Notes: generated by a model not told the origin, from the letters alone. Counted from the first letter of the stretch, positions 31,701-46,700 are shown. The stretch is 64,000 bases of DNA from Planctomycetota bacterium (GCA_965223845.1 CBDCXR010000004.1:6336001-6400000), one strand, 5' to 3'. Translations and numbers: made by a program.

Positions 31701-34700
31701 TCTCGATGCAGACGAACGTCCAGGTGGCCATCGATCCGGTGACCGGCGATTCCATCGTCACGTGGTCGAGTCTCAATCAAGACTCGGGTACGACGTGGGG
31801 CATCTACATGCGCCGGCTCGACTCGAGCAGCAATCCGCTGACCGCGGAGACGCTGGTGAACACGACGGTCTCTGGCGACCAATCGTTCTCCACGATCGCT
31901 ATGGACGCTGCGGGGAACTACGCGATCGCGTGGGCCGGCGAAGGCCCCGGCGACGCGTCGGGTGTGTTCGTCCGGCGGTTTGACGCGACGGACACGCCGC
32001 TCGGCGCTGAGGTTCTCGTGAACACCGAGACGGCGGACGTTCAGGACACCGCCGACCTCGCGATGGACGACGCGGGGAACTTCGTCGTCGTGTGGGAGAG
32101 CTCGAACCAGGACGGAACTGCGACGGGGATCTACGGCCAGCGCTTCGACGCGACGGGCGCACCGCAGGGAGCCGAGTTTCGGGTGAGTCCACTCGCTCAG
32201 AACCGAGGCGCGCAGCCATCAGTTGCGATGGACGCCGATGGGGATTTCGTCGTCGCTTGGAGAGACATCGACGGGAACGAGATCGAGGCGCAGCGTTACG
32301 ACGCCTCCGGAGTCGCGCAGGGCGGAGTCATCGTCGTTTCCCCGCCGACGGCCGACAGCGTGATCAATACCCTCGTCGAGATGAACTCGACCGGGGATTT
32401 CGTCGTCGTTTGGGACGAGTACAACACCACCGTGCTCGAGTACACGAACGTGTACGCCCAGCGCTACGACTCGAGCGGGACACCCTACGGACCGCGACTG
32501 ACCGCCAATTCGACGGTCACGGGCGAACAGCATTCGCCGGGAGTTTCCTACGAGGATAGCGGCCGCCTGCGATTCGTGTACTCGGGGAACGGACCCGGTG
32601 ACGTGGGCGGCATCTTTCTCCAGCAGTACCGTACGGCGAATCTCAGTTTCTCGACCGGGGACGGAGTCGGCGACGCGGCGATGACCTTCACCGCGACGCA
32701 GAGCCACGCGAACGCCGTCCTCTCGGGTCTCACGTACCAGCCGAATGCGAGCTTCGTCGGTCTCGACACTCTGACGCTCACGACGAACGACCTCGGGAAC
32801 ACGGGCACCCCGGGCTCTCTGATCGATGCCGACATCGTGAACATCACCGTGACGGGGACGACGAGTCCGGGGCTGATCCTCGCCACGACGGACGACGTCG
32901 CGACGAGCGGTGTGAACGGGCTTCCGAGCTGGTCGGCCGGCACCGGCGTCGAAGCCGGCGACCCGGGCCTCGCCCTCGAGCCGGGGACGACCGCAGGGAC
33001 GTTCAGCGCCGCGTTCGATCTCGACCCCTTCGCGGCGGATTCGTCCGTCGAGCTCGTCGGTCTCCACTACGTCGGGAAGGCGATCACCATCGGCACGACC
33101 AATACGGTCGCGCTCCTCCCGGGCGACGTCCTCTTCACCGTCGAGTCGGGTGCCGGCGAGACGCTGACGAGCACGAATTCCGTTTCGCTTGCAAGCAACG
33201 ACGTCGTTCGATTCCGGCCCGACTTGCCCGGCGACTACGGCACGGGAACGTTTGAGGTCGTGCTCGAGGCGCCCGTTCCGAATCCCATCCGTGCCCTCAG
33301 CCTCATCGAATCGACAACGACGCTACCCGACACGACGCTCGACGCCGGGGATTTCCTCTTCGGTCTCAATCAGACCGGCACCGCGAACGACGTCTTCCTC
33401 TACGAAGTGACGGACGCCGGTGCGGGAACCACGTCGGGCACTCTGTCGACTCTGATCACCGGCGACGACATTTCGATGGGGACGGGCTCGGTTGCATCGG
33501 AGAACCTCGCGGGTCTCGATTTCGTCGAGAGCGATCTGGTCGTCGGTGGACGTTCGCTCTCCGAAGGCACTCTCCTCGTCACGCTCTCGAGCGACGACGC
33601 CGCGGTCGGAACGAACTCCCTTTCGACGACCGCGCGCGACATTTTCGTGCTCGACATCTCGACGACGACTCGCGGAACCGGGACGACCGCCGCGACGGCG
33701 AATCTTCTCTTCGAGGGCGTCGACGCGGGCTTCGACGTCGTGCAGGAGGAGATCGTCGCGATGGCGCTACTCCCAGTCGTAGGAGTCGCGCCGCAGCTCG
33801 ACCTCGACGCCGACGACTCGAGCGCCGCGGGCGCCGACTACACGACGAGCTGGACGGAAGACGCCGGACCCGTCTCGATCGCGGACAGCGACGCGACGGT
33901 GACCGACATCGACAGCGCAAACCTCGCCTCGATCACGGTGACGATCACGAACTTGCTCGATGGCACGGCGGAGGTCCTCGCCGCCGACACCACGGGGACG
34001 TCGATCACCGCGGCGTACAGCTCCGGGACGGGCGTCCTCGTCCTATCGGGGAGCGACACCGTCGCCAACTACGAGCAGGTCCTGCGGACGGTCACGTACA
34101 ACAACTCGAGCGACACTCCAGACACGACGAGCCGAGTGATCACGTTCCAGGCGAGCGACGGTGTGAATACCGGCAGCCCGGCGACGACGACTCTCACGGT
34201 GTTTCCGCACAACGACAGTCCGTTCCTCGATCTCGATGCGGACGACTCGGTCGTGGTGGGAACGGGATACTCGACCACGTTCACCGAAGGCGGGCCGCCG
34301 GTCGCGGTAGCCGACACCGACGCGATCCTTACGGACGCCGACAATTCGAATCTGCTCCGGCTCACCGTTCGTATCACGAATCAACTCGACGGCGCGGCCG
34401 AGCTGCTTGATGCCGACGTCAGCGGCACCTCGATCACGAAATCCTACGATTCGGGTACGGGAATCCTGACGCTCGATGGAAACGACACCCTAGCGAACTA
34501 CGTTCAGGTCCTGCGGACGGTTACGTACGAAAACACGTCCGAGGCGCCCGATACGACCACCCGAAGCCTGGAGTTCATCGGTTCGGGGCCGGGAGCGCTG
34601 CCCACGAACTTCTCGAACCTCGCGTACACCGACGTCACGATCGTCGCGACGAACGACCCACCGGTGAACGCGGTACCGGGAGCGCAGTCGACGGCGCAGG

Positions 34701-37700
34701 ATACCGATCTCGTCTTTTCGAGCGGTGGGGGAAACGGAATCTCGGTGAGCGATGTCGACGCGGGAGCCGCGGCGATCGAGGTCACGCTGAGCGTCACGAA
34801 CGGAACTCTGAGCATCGATCTCACGGGCGCGCTAGGTCCGGAGGCCACCGCGAACGCGACGACCGCGAATCCTCAGGAAACTCCCGCGGTCGCGGTCGCG
34901 CCGGACGGCACCTACGTCGTCGTTTGGGGAAGCGATGCACAAGACGGAGACTCCTACGGAATCTACGGCCGGCGCTTCGATGCCGATGGGGTGGCGATCG
35001 GCGGCGAGTTCCAGGTCAACACCGCGACCGCGAATTCTCAGCAGATCCCGGCGATCGCGATGGATGACTCGGGGAACTTCGTCGTCGTCTGGGAGAGTCT
35101 CCTTCAGGACGGAGATTCGTGGGGTGTGTTCGCTCAGCGCTTCGACGCCACCGCGGCCAAGGTCGGCGGAGAGTTTCAAGTCAATACGACGACGGCGAGT
35201 ATTCAGCGCTCTCCGGATGTCGCGATGGACTCGGACGGCGACTTCGTCGTCGCGTGGCAGACGCTCGGACAAGACGGCTCGAGCTATGCGGTTTACGCGC
35301 AGCGCTACGACTCGACCGGCACGGCGCAGGGGGCCGAGTTCCAAGTCAATACGACGAGCGCGAATACACAAGACTCTCCCGTCGTCGCGATGGATGCGAG
35401 CGGTGAATTCGTCGTCGCGTGGGAGAGCACCGACCAAGACGGGAGCGGCGACGGCATCTACTCGCGCCGCTACGACGCGGCGGGTACCCCGCTCAGCGGA
35501 GAGGTCCAGGTGCATTCGACGACCGCCGGCGCGCAATCGAGTCCGGCCATCGCGATGGACGCTGGCGGGGACTACGTCATCGTGTGGGAGAGCGCCGACG
35601 CCGATCAGTTCGGGATCTTCGGACAGCGCTTCGATGGCTCCGGGGCCGCGGTGGGCGGCGAGTTTCCGGTCAACACGGAGACGGCGAACGATCAACTCCT
35701 CTCTGCGGTCGCCGTCGATCCGGCTGGAGGGTTCGTGGTCGCGTGGCAGAGTTGGGGGCAGGACGGGTCCGGGTACGGCATCTACGCGCAGCGCTTCGAT
35801 GCATCGGGTACCGCGGTCGGAGACGAGTTCCCACTCAGTTCGACGACGCTGAACGACCAGATCAACGTCACGCTTGCGGTGAGCGATGCCGGTCAGATCG
35901 TCGCCGCGTGGGACGGAGAGACCGCGGGAGACACGCAAGGAATCGCGGTCCGGCGTTTCCGCCCGCCCGCTGTCACGTTCACGACGGGCGACGGGACGAA
36001 CGACGCGACGATCGTCTTCACCGGAACGCTCCCGCACGCCAACCAAGCGCTCGAGGGGCTCACGTACACGCCGAACGCCAGCTACGTCGGCAGCGACACG
36101 CTTACGGTCACCGTCGACGATCTCGGCAATACGGGCGCGCCCGGCGCGCTCCAGGACGTGGACGCCGTGGCGATCACCGTTTTCGATCCCGCGCCGCAGC
36201 TCGACCTCGATGCCGACGACTCCGCGGCGGCGGGAATCGACTTCGCCGCGACGTGGACAGAGGACGGCGGACCGATCGCGGTCGCCGATACGGATGCCGC
36301 ACTCGCCGACGTCGACAGCGCGAACCTATCGTCGCTCGTCGTCACGATCACGAACCAGCTCGACGGGACGGCGGAGGTTCTCTCCGCCGACACGACCGGC
36401 ACGTCGATCGTAGCGAGCTACGTTGCCGCGACGGGTGTTCTGACGCTTTCCGGTGCGGATTCGGTCGCGAGCTATCAGCAGGTGCTCCGGACGACGACCT
36501 ACGACAACACGGCGAGCACGCCCGACGCGACCGCTCGCGTGATCACGTACGTTGCGTCCGACGGAACGCACAACTCGAGCGTCGCGACGACCACGCTCGC
36601 GATGAGCATCACGACGAGCCCGGGGCGTGCGATCTGGCGCAACAGCGGAGACTTCACGCCCGACTCGAGCGTATGGAACGGAATCGCCTTTGTCGGAGCC
36701 CAGAACACCGCCAACATCGGCGACCTCCGCTGGTTGGACGCGGCCGTCGCCCCCACTCGCGACGAAGTGATCGTCGTCGGCGTTGATTTCATCGGGCTCG
36801 TCAACGGCGAGATCTGGAACGGCTCGGAGTGGACGGCGCTCCCGTTCAACTCCCTCACGTTCGCGAGCGATCCGGGGAACCAGGTGGTCGACGTCGCGTA
36901 TGAGAGCCAATCGGGGCACGCTCTCCTCGTCTGGACCAACAACAACGTCGGCTCAGAGAGCGTGTCGTTCCGCGTGTGGGACGGCGCGACGTGGTCGGAC
37001 GAAGCGACGATCACCGCCCCGTCGACGACTTGGGCTCGGGAGCTGCGACTCGAGGCGAATCCGCTCTCCGACGAGATGATTCTCGTCGCGAGCGACGACG
37101 ACGCCACCGAGTGGGCGGCGGTGTGGGATGGGTCGAGCTGGGGCGATACCGTTCTTCTCGACTCGGCGACCGCGAGCGATCGGAAAGAGATCGGAGTCGC
37201 CTACGAGAGCCAGAGCGGCCACGCACTCGTCGTCTACGACGCCACCGGGAACGGGAGCGACCTCAACTATCGTACCTGGGACGGTGCGACGTGGAGTTCG
37301 CAGCAGACGCTTACGGCGCCCTTTGGAACTCACCTCGACAACGACCTCGAGTACACCGCTCTCGCCTCCGACCCCACGAGCAACCGCATCGCTCTCGGTG
37401 TGGTCGCATCGGGAACGCAGAACGAGAACTGGTTCGCGATCTGGGACGGGAGCACCTGGGGCGACGAGCTTCTCGCGTCGACGCTCGCGCTCGCGGGATC
37501 GCTCGACGTCGCCGTGGGCTTCGAGAGTCAGTCCGGTGATCTACTCGTCACCTACACGGAGCCTTCCACGCAGCCTCGGTACCGAACGTGGTCGAGCGGA
37601 GGCGGATGGTCCGGGCCGCTCCTCCTTCCGGACATCGGTGCGTTTCCCGATGTGATGCTTCTCGAGCCGGATCCGCACACGAATGCGCTGATGCTCTCGG

Positions 37701-40700
37701 TCCAAGATTCGGCCTCCGATCTTCACTACCTCCTATGGGATGGAGCCAAGTGGGGCGCCGACCAAGAGCTTTCGACGAACACCGGAGAAACCGTCTACCA
37801 ACCCTTCACGTTCCTCTTTAGCAAGGCTCTCCTTCCGCCGGTTCTCGACCTCGACGCGAACAACTCGACGGCGAGTGGCATCGCGTTCGCAACCACGTGG
37901 ACCGAGCACGGTGGTCCGGTCGCCATCGCCGACGTCGACGCGACGTTGATCGACGACGGTGCCAATCTGACTTCGCTCACCGTCACGATCTCGAACCTGT
38001 TCGATGCGCCAGCGGAGATTCTCGCTGCAGACACGTCTGGAACGGCGATCTCGGCGAACTACGTCGCCGCGACCGGCACGTTGACGCTTTCCGGTCTCGA
38101 TTCGGTGGCGAACTACGAGCAGGTCCTCCGGACCGTCACGTACGACAACACCTCGGAGGTGAGCGATGACACGGCTCGTGTGATCCATTTCGTCGCGAGC
38201 GACGGGACGAACACGAGCGCGTTCGCTCCGACGACGCTCACGATCATCGCGTCGAACGATCCCCCGGTGAACGTCGTTCCCGCGACTCAGAGTACGGACA
38301 CCGATACCGAGCTCGTCTTCTCGGGCGCCACCGGCAATCCGGTCACGGTCGGTGATGTGGACGCGGCCGCGGGCGACACTTTGGAGGTGACGCTGGCCGT
38401 CGCGAACGGAACCCTCAGCCTCGGTGCGGCCGGAGCGTTCGCCGATCAGGTGACCGTCAACTCGAGCAACGGCGGCGAGCAGCGAGAGGTTGAGATCGCG
38501 GCGACACCGACGGGCGAGTTCATCGCCGTTTGGGACAGCAACCACACGGGTTCGCGTGAGATCTACGCTCAGATCTACGACGCGAGCGGCAATCCCGTCG
38601 GCGGCGAGTTTCGAGTCAACCAGGCGACCTCGGGCACTCAGTTTCAGGCCACCGTGAGCGTGGACGACGCCGGGAACTTCGTCGTCGTGTGGAGAGGCAA
38701 CCCGGGGGCCGACACCGATATCTACGCGCGGATGTTCGACTCCGCCGGCAACCCGACGACGGGTGACATCCTCGTCAACTCGACACTCCCGGGAGACCAG
38801 GGAGAAGTCGACGTTGCGATGGACTCGGACGGTGACTTCGTCGTCGTCTGGGAAGGCTTCGACGTCGACAACGAGGGCGTCTTCGGCCGCCGCTTCGACT
38901 CGAGCGGTACTGCGTCCGGCCTCGAGTTCAAGATCAACACCTACACCACGGGGCAGCAGGACGATCCGCGCGTCGCCTCCGCGGGTGACGGACGCTTCGT
39001 TGTCGTCTGGGAGAGCGACGGCCAGGACGGTGACGGCGAAGGCGTCTACGGTCAGCTCTACGACGGCACGGGGGCTGCGGTCGGCGGTGAGTTTCTGGTG
39101 ACGACGACGACCAGCGACTCCCAGAACGAGCCCGACGTCGCGATGGACGACGCGGGCAACTTCACCGTGATTTGGCAAATGGACGACGTCGACGAGCGCG
39201 GCGTCTTCTTCCAGCGCTTCGACGCCGCGGGAACGAAGCTCGGGGGCGAGACGCAGGTCAACACGGAAACCGCTTGGAGCCAGACGCGCGCCGCGATCTC
39301 CATGAACGGGGCGGGAGAGTTCGTCGTCGCCTGGCAGAGTGAAGGTCAGGACGGGAGCGGCCTCGGCGTCTACGCCCGGCGCTACGACTCGAGCGGAGCC
39401 GCCCTGGGAGGCGAAATTCCGCTCGCGAGCGACACTGCCGGCGATCAGACCGCGCCCGCCGTCGCGGTGCACGACTCCGGCTTCGTGACGGCTTGGGAGG
39501 GCGCCGGCGGCGGCGACGCGACGACGATCTCGGCGCGGCGCTACGAAAACATCGACATCGCGTTTACCGCCGGCGACGGAGCGGAGGACGCCACCGTCTC
39601 GATCCAGGGATCGAAAGCCGAATTGAACGCGGTACTCGATGGCCTCATCTTCCGTCCAAACGCCGGGTTCGTCGGGTACGACGCGCTCACCGTGACGACG
39701 AACGATCTTGGCAACACCGGGGCACCCGGGGCGCTCCAGGACGTCGACAACGTCGCCATCGCGGTCGGCACGCCGGGAGTGGTCATCACCGCGACTTCGC
39801 CCGTCCAGCCGGTCGGGGCGGAGTTCCGCGTCAACTCGACGACAGCGAATCAGCAGGCGCTTCCGGACGCGGCCTCCGATGCGGACGGGAATACCGTCGT
39901 CGTCTGGCAGAGCGACCTACAGGACGACGGCTCATCGAAGGGCATCTACGGCCAGCGCTACGACGCTGCGGGGAACACCGTCGGCGGCGAGTTCCTCGTC
40001 AACACGACGGTGGTTGGCGACCAAGCGTCGCCGTCGATCGCGATGGCGCCGGACGGTCGGTTCGTCGTCGTGTGGGACAGTGCCGGTCAGGACGGCGACG
40101 GCACGGGTGTCTACGGCCAGCTTTTCGATGCGAGCGGAGTCGCGGTCGGCTCTGAATTTCAGATCCACGCAACGACGACGGGTAACCAGGACAACGCATC
40201 GGTCGCCATGGCGAACGACGGGAGCTTCGTCGTCGTCTGGCAGAGCTCGACGGGCGACGCCAGCGGCTTCGGCGTGGTCGGTCGTCGCTTCGACGCGACC
40301 GGCGCAGCGAAGGACCGCGAGTTCGGCGTCAACGACACCGAGGCCGGGGATCAATTCGGGCCGAGCGTCGCGACGGATGCGGACGGCGACTTCGTCGTCA
40401 CCTGGACGAGCAACGGTCAGGACGGAAGCGGATTCGGGGTGTACGCCCAGCGCTTCGACCGCGAAGGGAACGACCGCGGACCGGAGTTCCTCGTCAGCAC
40501 TGCGACGGCGAACGATCAGAGCGATTCGGTCGTCGCGATGGACGCGGCCGGCAATTTCGTCATCGCGTGGCGATCGGATCTCCAGGACGGCAGCTCCGGC
40601 GGGGTCTACGCGCAGCGTTACGCCGCGGATGGGACGGCGCTCGGCTCTGAATTCGCGGTCAACACGACCACCGCGGACGACCAACGAGAACCGGCGATCG

Positions 40701-43700
40701 CGATGAACGACGCCGGCGACTTCGTGATCGCGTGGACTTCGCATCTCCAGGACGGCAGTGCGGGCGCGGCGATCCTTCGCGGCTTCGCCGCGGACGGAAC
40801 GCCGGCGAGCGCGGAGCTCCAGGTGAACACGGCGACCGCGAACGAGCAGTCCCGGCCACGGATCGCGGCGGACGCCGCGGGTGGATTCACCGTCGCCTGG
40901 CAGAGCGCGCTTCAGGATGGAAGCCAGGAAGGGGTTTACGCGCGGCGATTCACGCAGACGACGACGGAGGCGGGCGGCACCGCGACCTTTGAGGTCGTTC
41001 TCGCCGGTCCGCCGACGGACAACGTCGTCGCCACGCTCGCTCTCTCCGACGGAAGCGAGGGGAGTCTCTCGGCGACGTCGCTGGTCTTCACGACGGCGGA
41101 CTGGAGCACGCCGCAGACGGTCACCGTCACGGGACTCGCCGACGGACTGACGGACGGAGACATCGCCTACTCCGTGATGACCGATTCGTCGACGAGCCTC
41201 GATGCTCGCTACGCCGCGATCGACCCGGCGGACGTTCGCCTCGTCAACATCGACGCTACCGTGGCCGACGCAATCGTGGTCGCGGCGAACGATGCTTACA
41301 ACACGAACGAAGATACGCCGATCGTCTTCGATCCGACGACGAACGACTTCGATGCTGAATCGCAGGCGATCACCGTCGTCGAGTTCACGCAACCGGCGAA
41401 CGGTACGGTCGTCGACAACGGGGACGGCACCTTCACCTACACGCCGGACTTGGAATTCAGCGGCGCGGATAGCTTCGACTACGTCGCGATCGACGCGGGA
41501 GCTGGGCTCCAGCACTACTGGGCACTCGACGGGGACGCGAACGACTCCGTCGCGGCCGCGAACGGAACGCTCAACGGTACGAGCACGGTCGCCGGCGACA
41601 TCGGAAACGGCCTCGGATTCAACGAGACGAGCGACTACGTCCTCCTCCCCGACGTCACCTACGCCGGCGAGTTCACGATCTCGTTCGAGTTCAAGATCGA
41701 CGACAACCCCGGAACGCTGTTTCAGTACCTCTACAGTCACGGTGACATAAACACCTTCAACAGCGTCAACGTGTTCCTGAGCGAGAGCGGTCACCCGTCG
41801 GATCCCAATCTTCTACGTGCGGTGGTCCGGGACGGCGATGACACGCTCGACAACTTCGCGCTCCAGGTCGACGTCAGCGCACTCATCGGCGACGGACAGT
41901 GGCACACGTACACCCTCACGGCCGGAGCAGGTGGTCTCGAAGTGTTCATCGACGGCGTGTCCGCTGCGAGCGATCCGACGCGGGGGACGGGCGGAATCAA
42001 TCCGACCGGCGGCGTCTATCTCGGAGCTCGCCACGACCTCGAGATCGACCGGTACTACGGCGGCGCGCTCGACTCCGTTCAGATCTTCTCGAGCGCGCTC
42101 GACTCCTCGCAGGTGTCGGCGATCGCCGGAACGGTCAACCGCGCGACGGTCAACCTCACGGTGGATCCGGTCAACGACGTCCCCGTTCTCGACCTCGACG
42201 CGAACGATTCCGCCGCGGCCGGCGTCGACTTCGCGGCGAGCTGGGTAGAGAACTTCGGACCGGTTGCGATCGCCGACTCCGACGCGAGCCTCACCGACGT
42301 CGACAGCGCGACGCTCGATTCGCTCACGGTCACCATTACGAATCAGCTCGACGGCACCGCGGAAGTGCTCGCTGCGGATACGACCGGTACCTCGATCGTC
42401 GCGACGTACGTCGGGGCGACGGGGATCCTCACGCTTTCCGGCACGGATTCCGTCGCCAATTACGAGCAAGTGCTGCGCACGGTGACGTACGACAGCTCGA
42501 GTGATGTCCCCGACCAGACGGCACGGGTGATCACGTTCGTTGCGAACGACGGTTCGGATCCGAGCCCGGTGGCGACGACGACAGTCGCGATCACCGCCGA
42601 GAACGATGTGAACGTCATTACGACGAGCTCGGGCAATGTGAGCTACACCGAGCAATCCTCGCCGGTTGTGATCGATTCCGGCCTCACGCTCGTCGATCCC
42701 GACGGAGCGGACGGAACCGATCCGGCGAGCGGTTTCGTCGCCGCGATTCGGATCGAGACGAACTTCGATCCGGGCGACGTCCTCGGGTTCACCGACACCG
42801 CGAACATCGTGGGATCATTCGTCGGGAACCAGCTCGTTCTGTCGGTGCGAGGCGGAGAGACTGCGTCGGTGGCCGAGTTCGAAGCCGCACTTCGGACGGT
42901 GACCTTCGCGAACAACGCCGATGCCCCGAGTGCGGCCACGCGGACGATCTCGTTCACGTTCGACGACGGGATCGACAGCGGTGCGCCGGCGACGCGAGAC
43001 CTCGACTTCACCGCGGAGAACGATCCGCCGGTGAATGCCGTCCCGGGCGCACAACAGACGGCGGTGGACACGGACCTCGTCTTCTCCGCCGCTACCGGAA
43101 ACGGGCTCAGCACTTCCGATTCAGACGCCGGGAACGCGCTTCTCGAGATGAGCCTCGACGTCTCCAGCGGAGCCCTCACCCTCAATACGAACGGGTTCGT
43201 CGGCGGTGAGACCCTTTCGAACGTCTTCTCACCGTCGACGCCTAGCCCGGCGGGCGTTCAATCTTCTCCGCGGGTCGCTGTGGCCCCGGACGGCACGTAC
43301 GTAATGGTGTGGGAATCTCCCGACGCGGACGGAACCGGTGTCTACGCGATGCGTTTCGACGCCGCCGGCAACCCGCTCTGGGCGCAGTTCCGCGTCAATT
43401 CGACGGAGACTCTCGATCAATCGCGGCCCGTCATCGCGATGGATTCCGCCGGTAACTTCGTGATCGCCTGGTCCGACGATTCAGGCGCCGGCACGATCCG
43501 GGCCCGCCGATTCACGGCGACCGGTGGATCGATCGGTGGTGAGTTCCAAGTGAACACGACCACCGCCGACGTACAAAGCGCACCCGCGCTCGCGGTCGAC
43601 GCCGCCGGCAATTTCTTCCTCGCGTGGGAGAGCATGAACCAAGACGGCAGCCAGAACGGCGTCTACGGCCAGTTCTACAGCTCGTCCGGGAGCGCTCTCG

Positions 43701-46700
43701 GCGGGGAGATCCTCGTCAACACGAACACGAGCGGGAGTCAGCAAGCGCCGGCCGCATCCTACGACTCGGCCGGAAACCTCGTCGTCGTCTGGGAGGACGA
43801 GACGCAGGACGGCTCGGGCTTCGGCATCTACGGCCAGCGCTACGACGCCGCGCGGAATCCGGTCGGCGGCGAGTTCCTCGTCAACTCGACGACCGCCGAC
43901 GTCCAGTCGACCCCCGACCTAGCGCACGACTCGAGCGGCGGGTTCGTCGTCGTCTGGGAGTCGAACCTGAGCGACGGCTCGGGCTTCGGTATCTACGGCC
44001 AGCGCTACGACGCCTCCGGTACGAAGGTGGGTGGCGAGTTCCTCGTCAACTCGACGACCGCCGGAAGCCAGACCGATCCGTCGATCGCCATCGCGGCGGA
44101 TGACTCCTTCTGGGTGTCCTGGACCGACGCCGGGGGACTAGACGGCGATGGCGAAGGAGTTTTCGCCCAGCGGTTCGACGCCTCCGCCACTCCCATCGGC
44201 GGCGAGTTCCGGATCAACACCACGGTTTCGGGAGGCCAACACGCATCCGACATCGACGTGAACGTGGACGGTCGCATGATCGTCGCGTGGGCCGGCGAGG
44301 GAGTGGGGGATGCGGATGGAGTCTTCGCGCAGCAGATTCAGGCCATCGATCTGACATTCAGCGTCGGCGACGGAATCGACGAGGCTTCGATGACCTTGCG
44401 CGGATCGGCAAACGACCTCAACGTCGCCCTCGACGGTCTCGTCTACACGCCGAACGCGATCTACGTGGGCGGAGACCTCCTCACGATCACGGTCGACGAT
44501 CTCGGCAGTACGGGCTCGCCGGGCGCGCTCCAAGACGCGGACAACGTCTCGATCACCGTCTACGACCCGGCACCGCAGCTCGATCTCGACGCCGATGATT
44601 CCGCAGCGGCGGGCGTCGACTTCGCGACGACCTGGACGGAGGGCGCGGGGCCCGTCGCGATCGCGGATGTCGACGCGGCGGTGAGCGATTTCGACAGCGC
44701 TACGCTCGCCTCGATCACGGTCACCATCACGAACCAGCTCGACGGCACGGACGAGGTCCTCGCCGCGGATACGACCGGCACGTCGATCGTGGCGAGCTAC
44801 GTCGCAGCAACGGGCGTACTCACGCTTTCGGGCGCCGATTCGGTGGCGAACTACGAGCAAGTCCTCCGAACGATCACCTACGACAATCTCGCTGTGGCTC
44901 CTGATTCCACCGCACGGGTGATCACCGCTCAGGCGACCGACGGCGCGACGTCCAGCCTCGTCGCGACGAGCACCGTGTCGATGAACGTCGCCCCGACCGA
45001 TCTCATTATCGACAGCGAGGGAACCGCGGAGCAGATCGTCAATTCGTTCACGACCGGGAATCAGAATCGCCCGGCGATCGCGTCGTTCGCGGACGGCGGC
45101 GTCATCGTCGCTTGGTCGTCGGACGGCCAGGACGGCGACGGCGAAGGAATTTACGCTCAGCGCCTCGATCGCGACGGGAATCCGGTCGGCGGTGAGTTCT
45201 TGGTCAATCAGACGACCGTCGACACGCAGAGCTTGCCGAGCGTCGCGGCGTTCGCCGACGGCGGGTTCGTCGTCGCCTGGCAAGACCAAAACACCGGGTT
45301 CAGTGCTTGGACAGAAGCACGGGTGTACGACTCCGGCGGGAACCCGGTCACGGCGGAGTTTCAGTACAGCGGCGGCCTCGAGGGCTATCACCCGACCGTG
45401 CTCGCGCTCGACGCCAATCGGTTCGTCGTCACTTGGAACGAACGAGTCGACGCGACGACCGACACCCTGAAGGCGCAAATCTACGATCGCACCGGGGCCG
45501 CGATCGGCGGCGAGATCGTGTTGGGCGATCTGGTGGGGAGCGCCGGACGGTTTGGATCCGACACCGAGACCGCTCTGTTGACGAGTGGCGGCTTCGCGGT
45601 GGCTTGGCTGTCGAACGACGACGCCGGGACGACGCCGGAGACGCGCCTCCGCATGTTCGACTCGAACGGCGTCGCGACCTCCGGCCAGATTCTCGTCGGC
45701 GGCGACGGCGACCCCGATGTCGCCGGACTCGTCGACGGGAATATCGCCATTGTGTACGGCGACGGAGGAGACGTCTCTGGTCAAGTGTTCGCGCCGGATG
45801 GGACGGTCGTCGTCAGCGAATTCACCGTCAATTCGACGACGACGGGAGTGCAGGTGAGCCCCACGGTGACCGAGCTTCCCGGCGGCGGCTTCTTCGTCAG
45901 TTGGCAGTCGGACTCGGGAGACGGGGACGGGACGGCGATTCTCGGGCAGAGGTTCGACGCGACGAGCTCGCCGGTGGGCGGCGAGATCCTGATCAACACG
46001 ACGGCGACTGGAAACCAGCGACTCCCCGAAGCCGCCCAGACGAGCGAAGGACGAGTTCGGCTCGTGTGGTTCAGCGCGGCCCAGGATGGAAGCGGCGATG
46101 CGGTCGTGTCTCGCGTCGTGGCGGTCGGCGGGAGAGTGCTCGAGAACTCTGCGAACGGAACGGTTGTAGCGAACGTGACGGATGTCATCGACGCGAACGT
46201 CGCCGACACGCACACGTACTCGCTGACGGATAACGCCGGGGGGAGATTCGGGATCGATGTGAATTCCGGCGCGATCTCGGTCGCAGACGGTTCTCTACTC
46301 GACTTCGAAACTGATCCGAGTCACACGATCACCGTCCGCGTGACCGATTCGGCGGGACTGACCTACGACGAGGTTCTGACGATCGCGGTGATCGACGTGA
46401 ACGAGTCTCCCACGCTCGGAACGAACGCCCTCGTCATCTCGGAAGGCGGAACGGTCGTCTTCGGCGGATCCGAGCTTTCTGCATCCGATCCGGAGTCGGC
46501 TCCCGGGCTCCTTCAGTTCACGGTCTCCGGTGTCACGGGCGGCCAGTTCGAGGAGGCGGCGAGCCCCGGCGTCGCGATCACGTCGTTCACGCAGGCGCAG
46601 GTGACGGCGGGCGACATCCAGTTCGTTCACGATGGCGGCGAGGCGGCGCCGTCGTACTCGGTGACGGTGTCGGACGGCGCGCTCAGCGATGGTCCCCACG

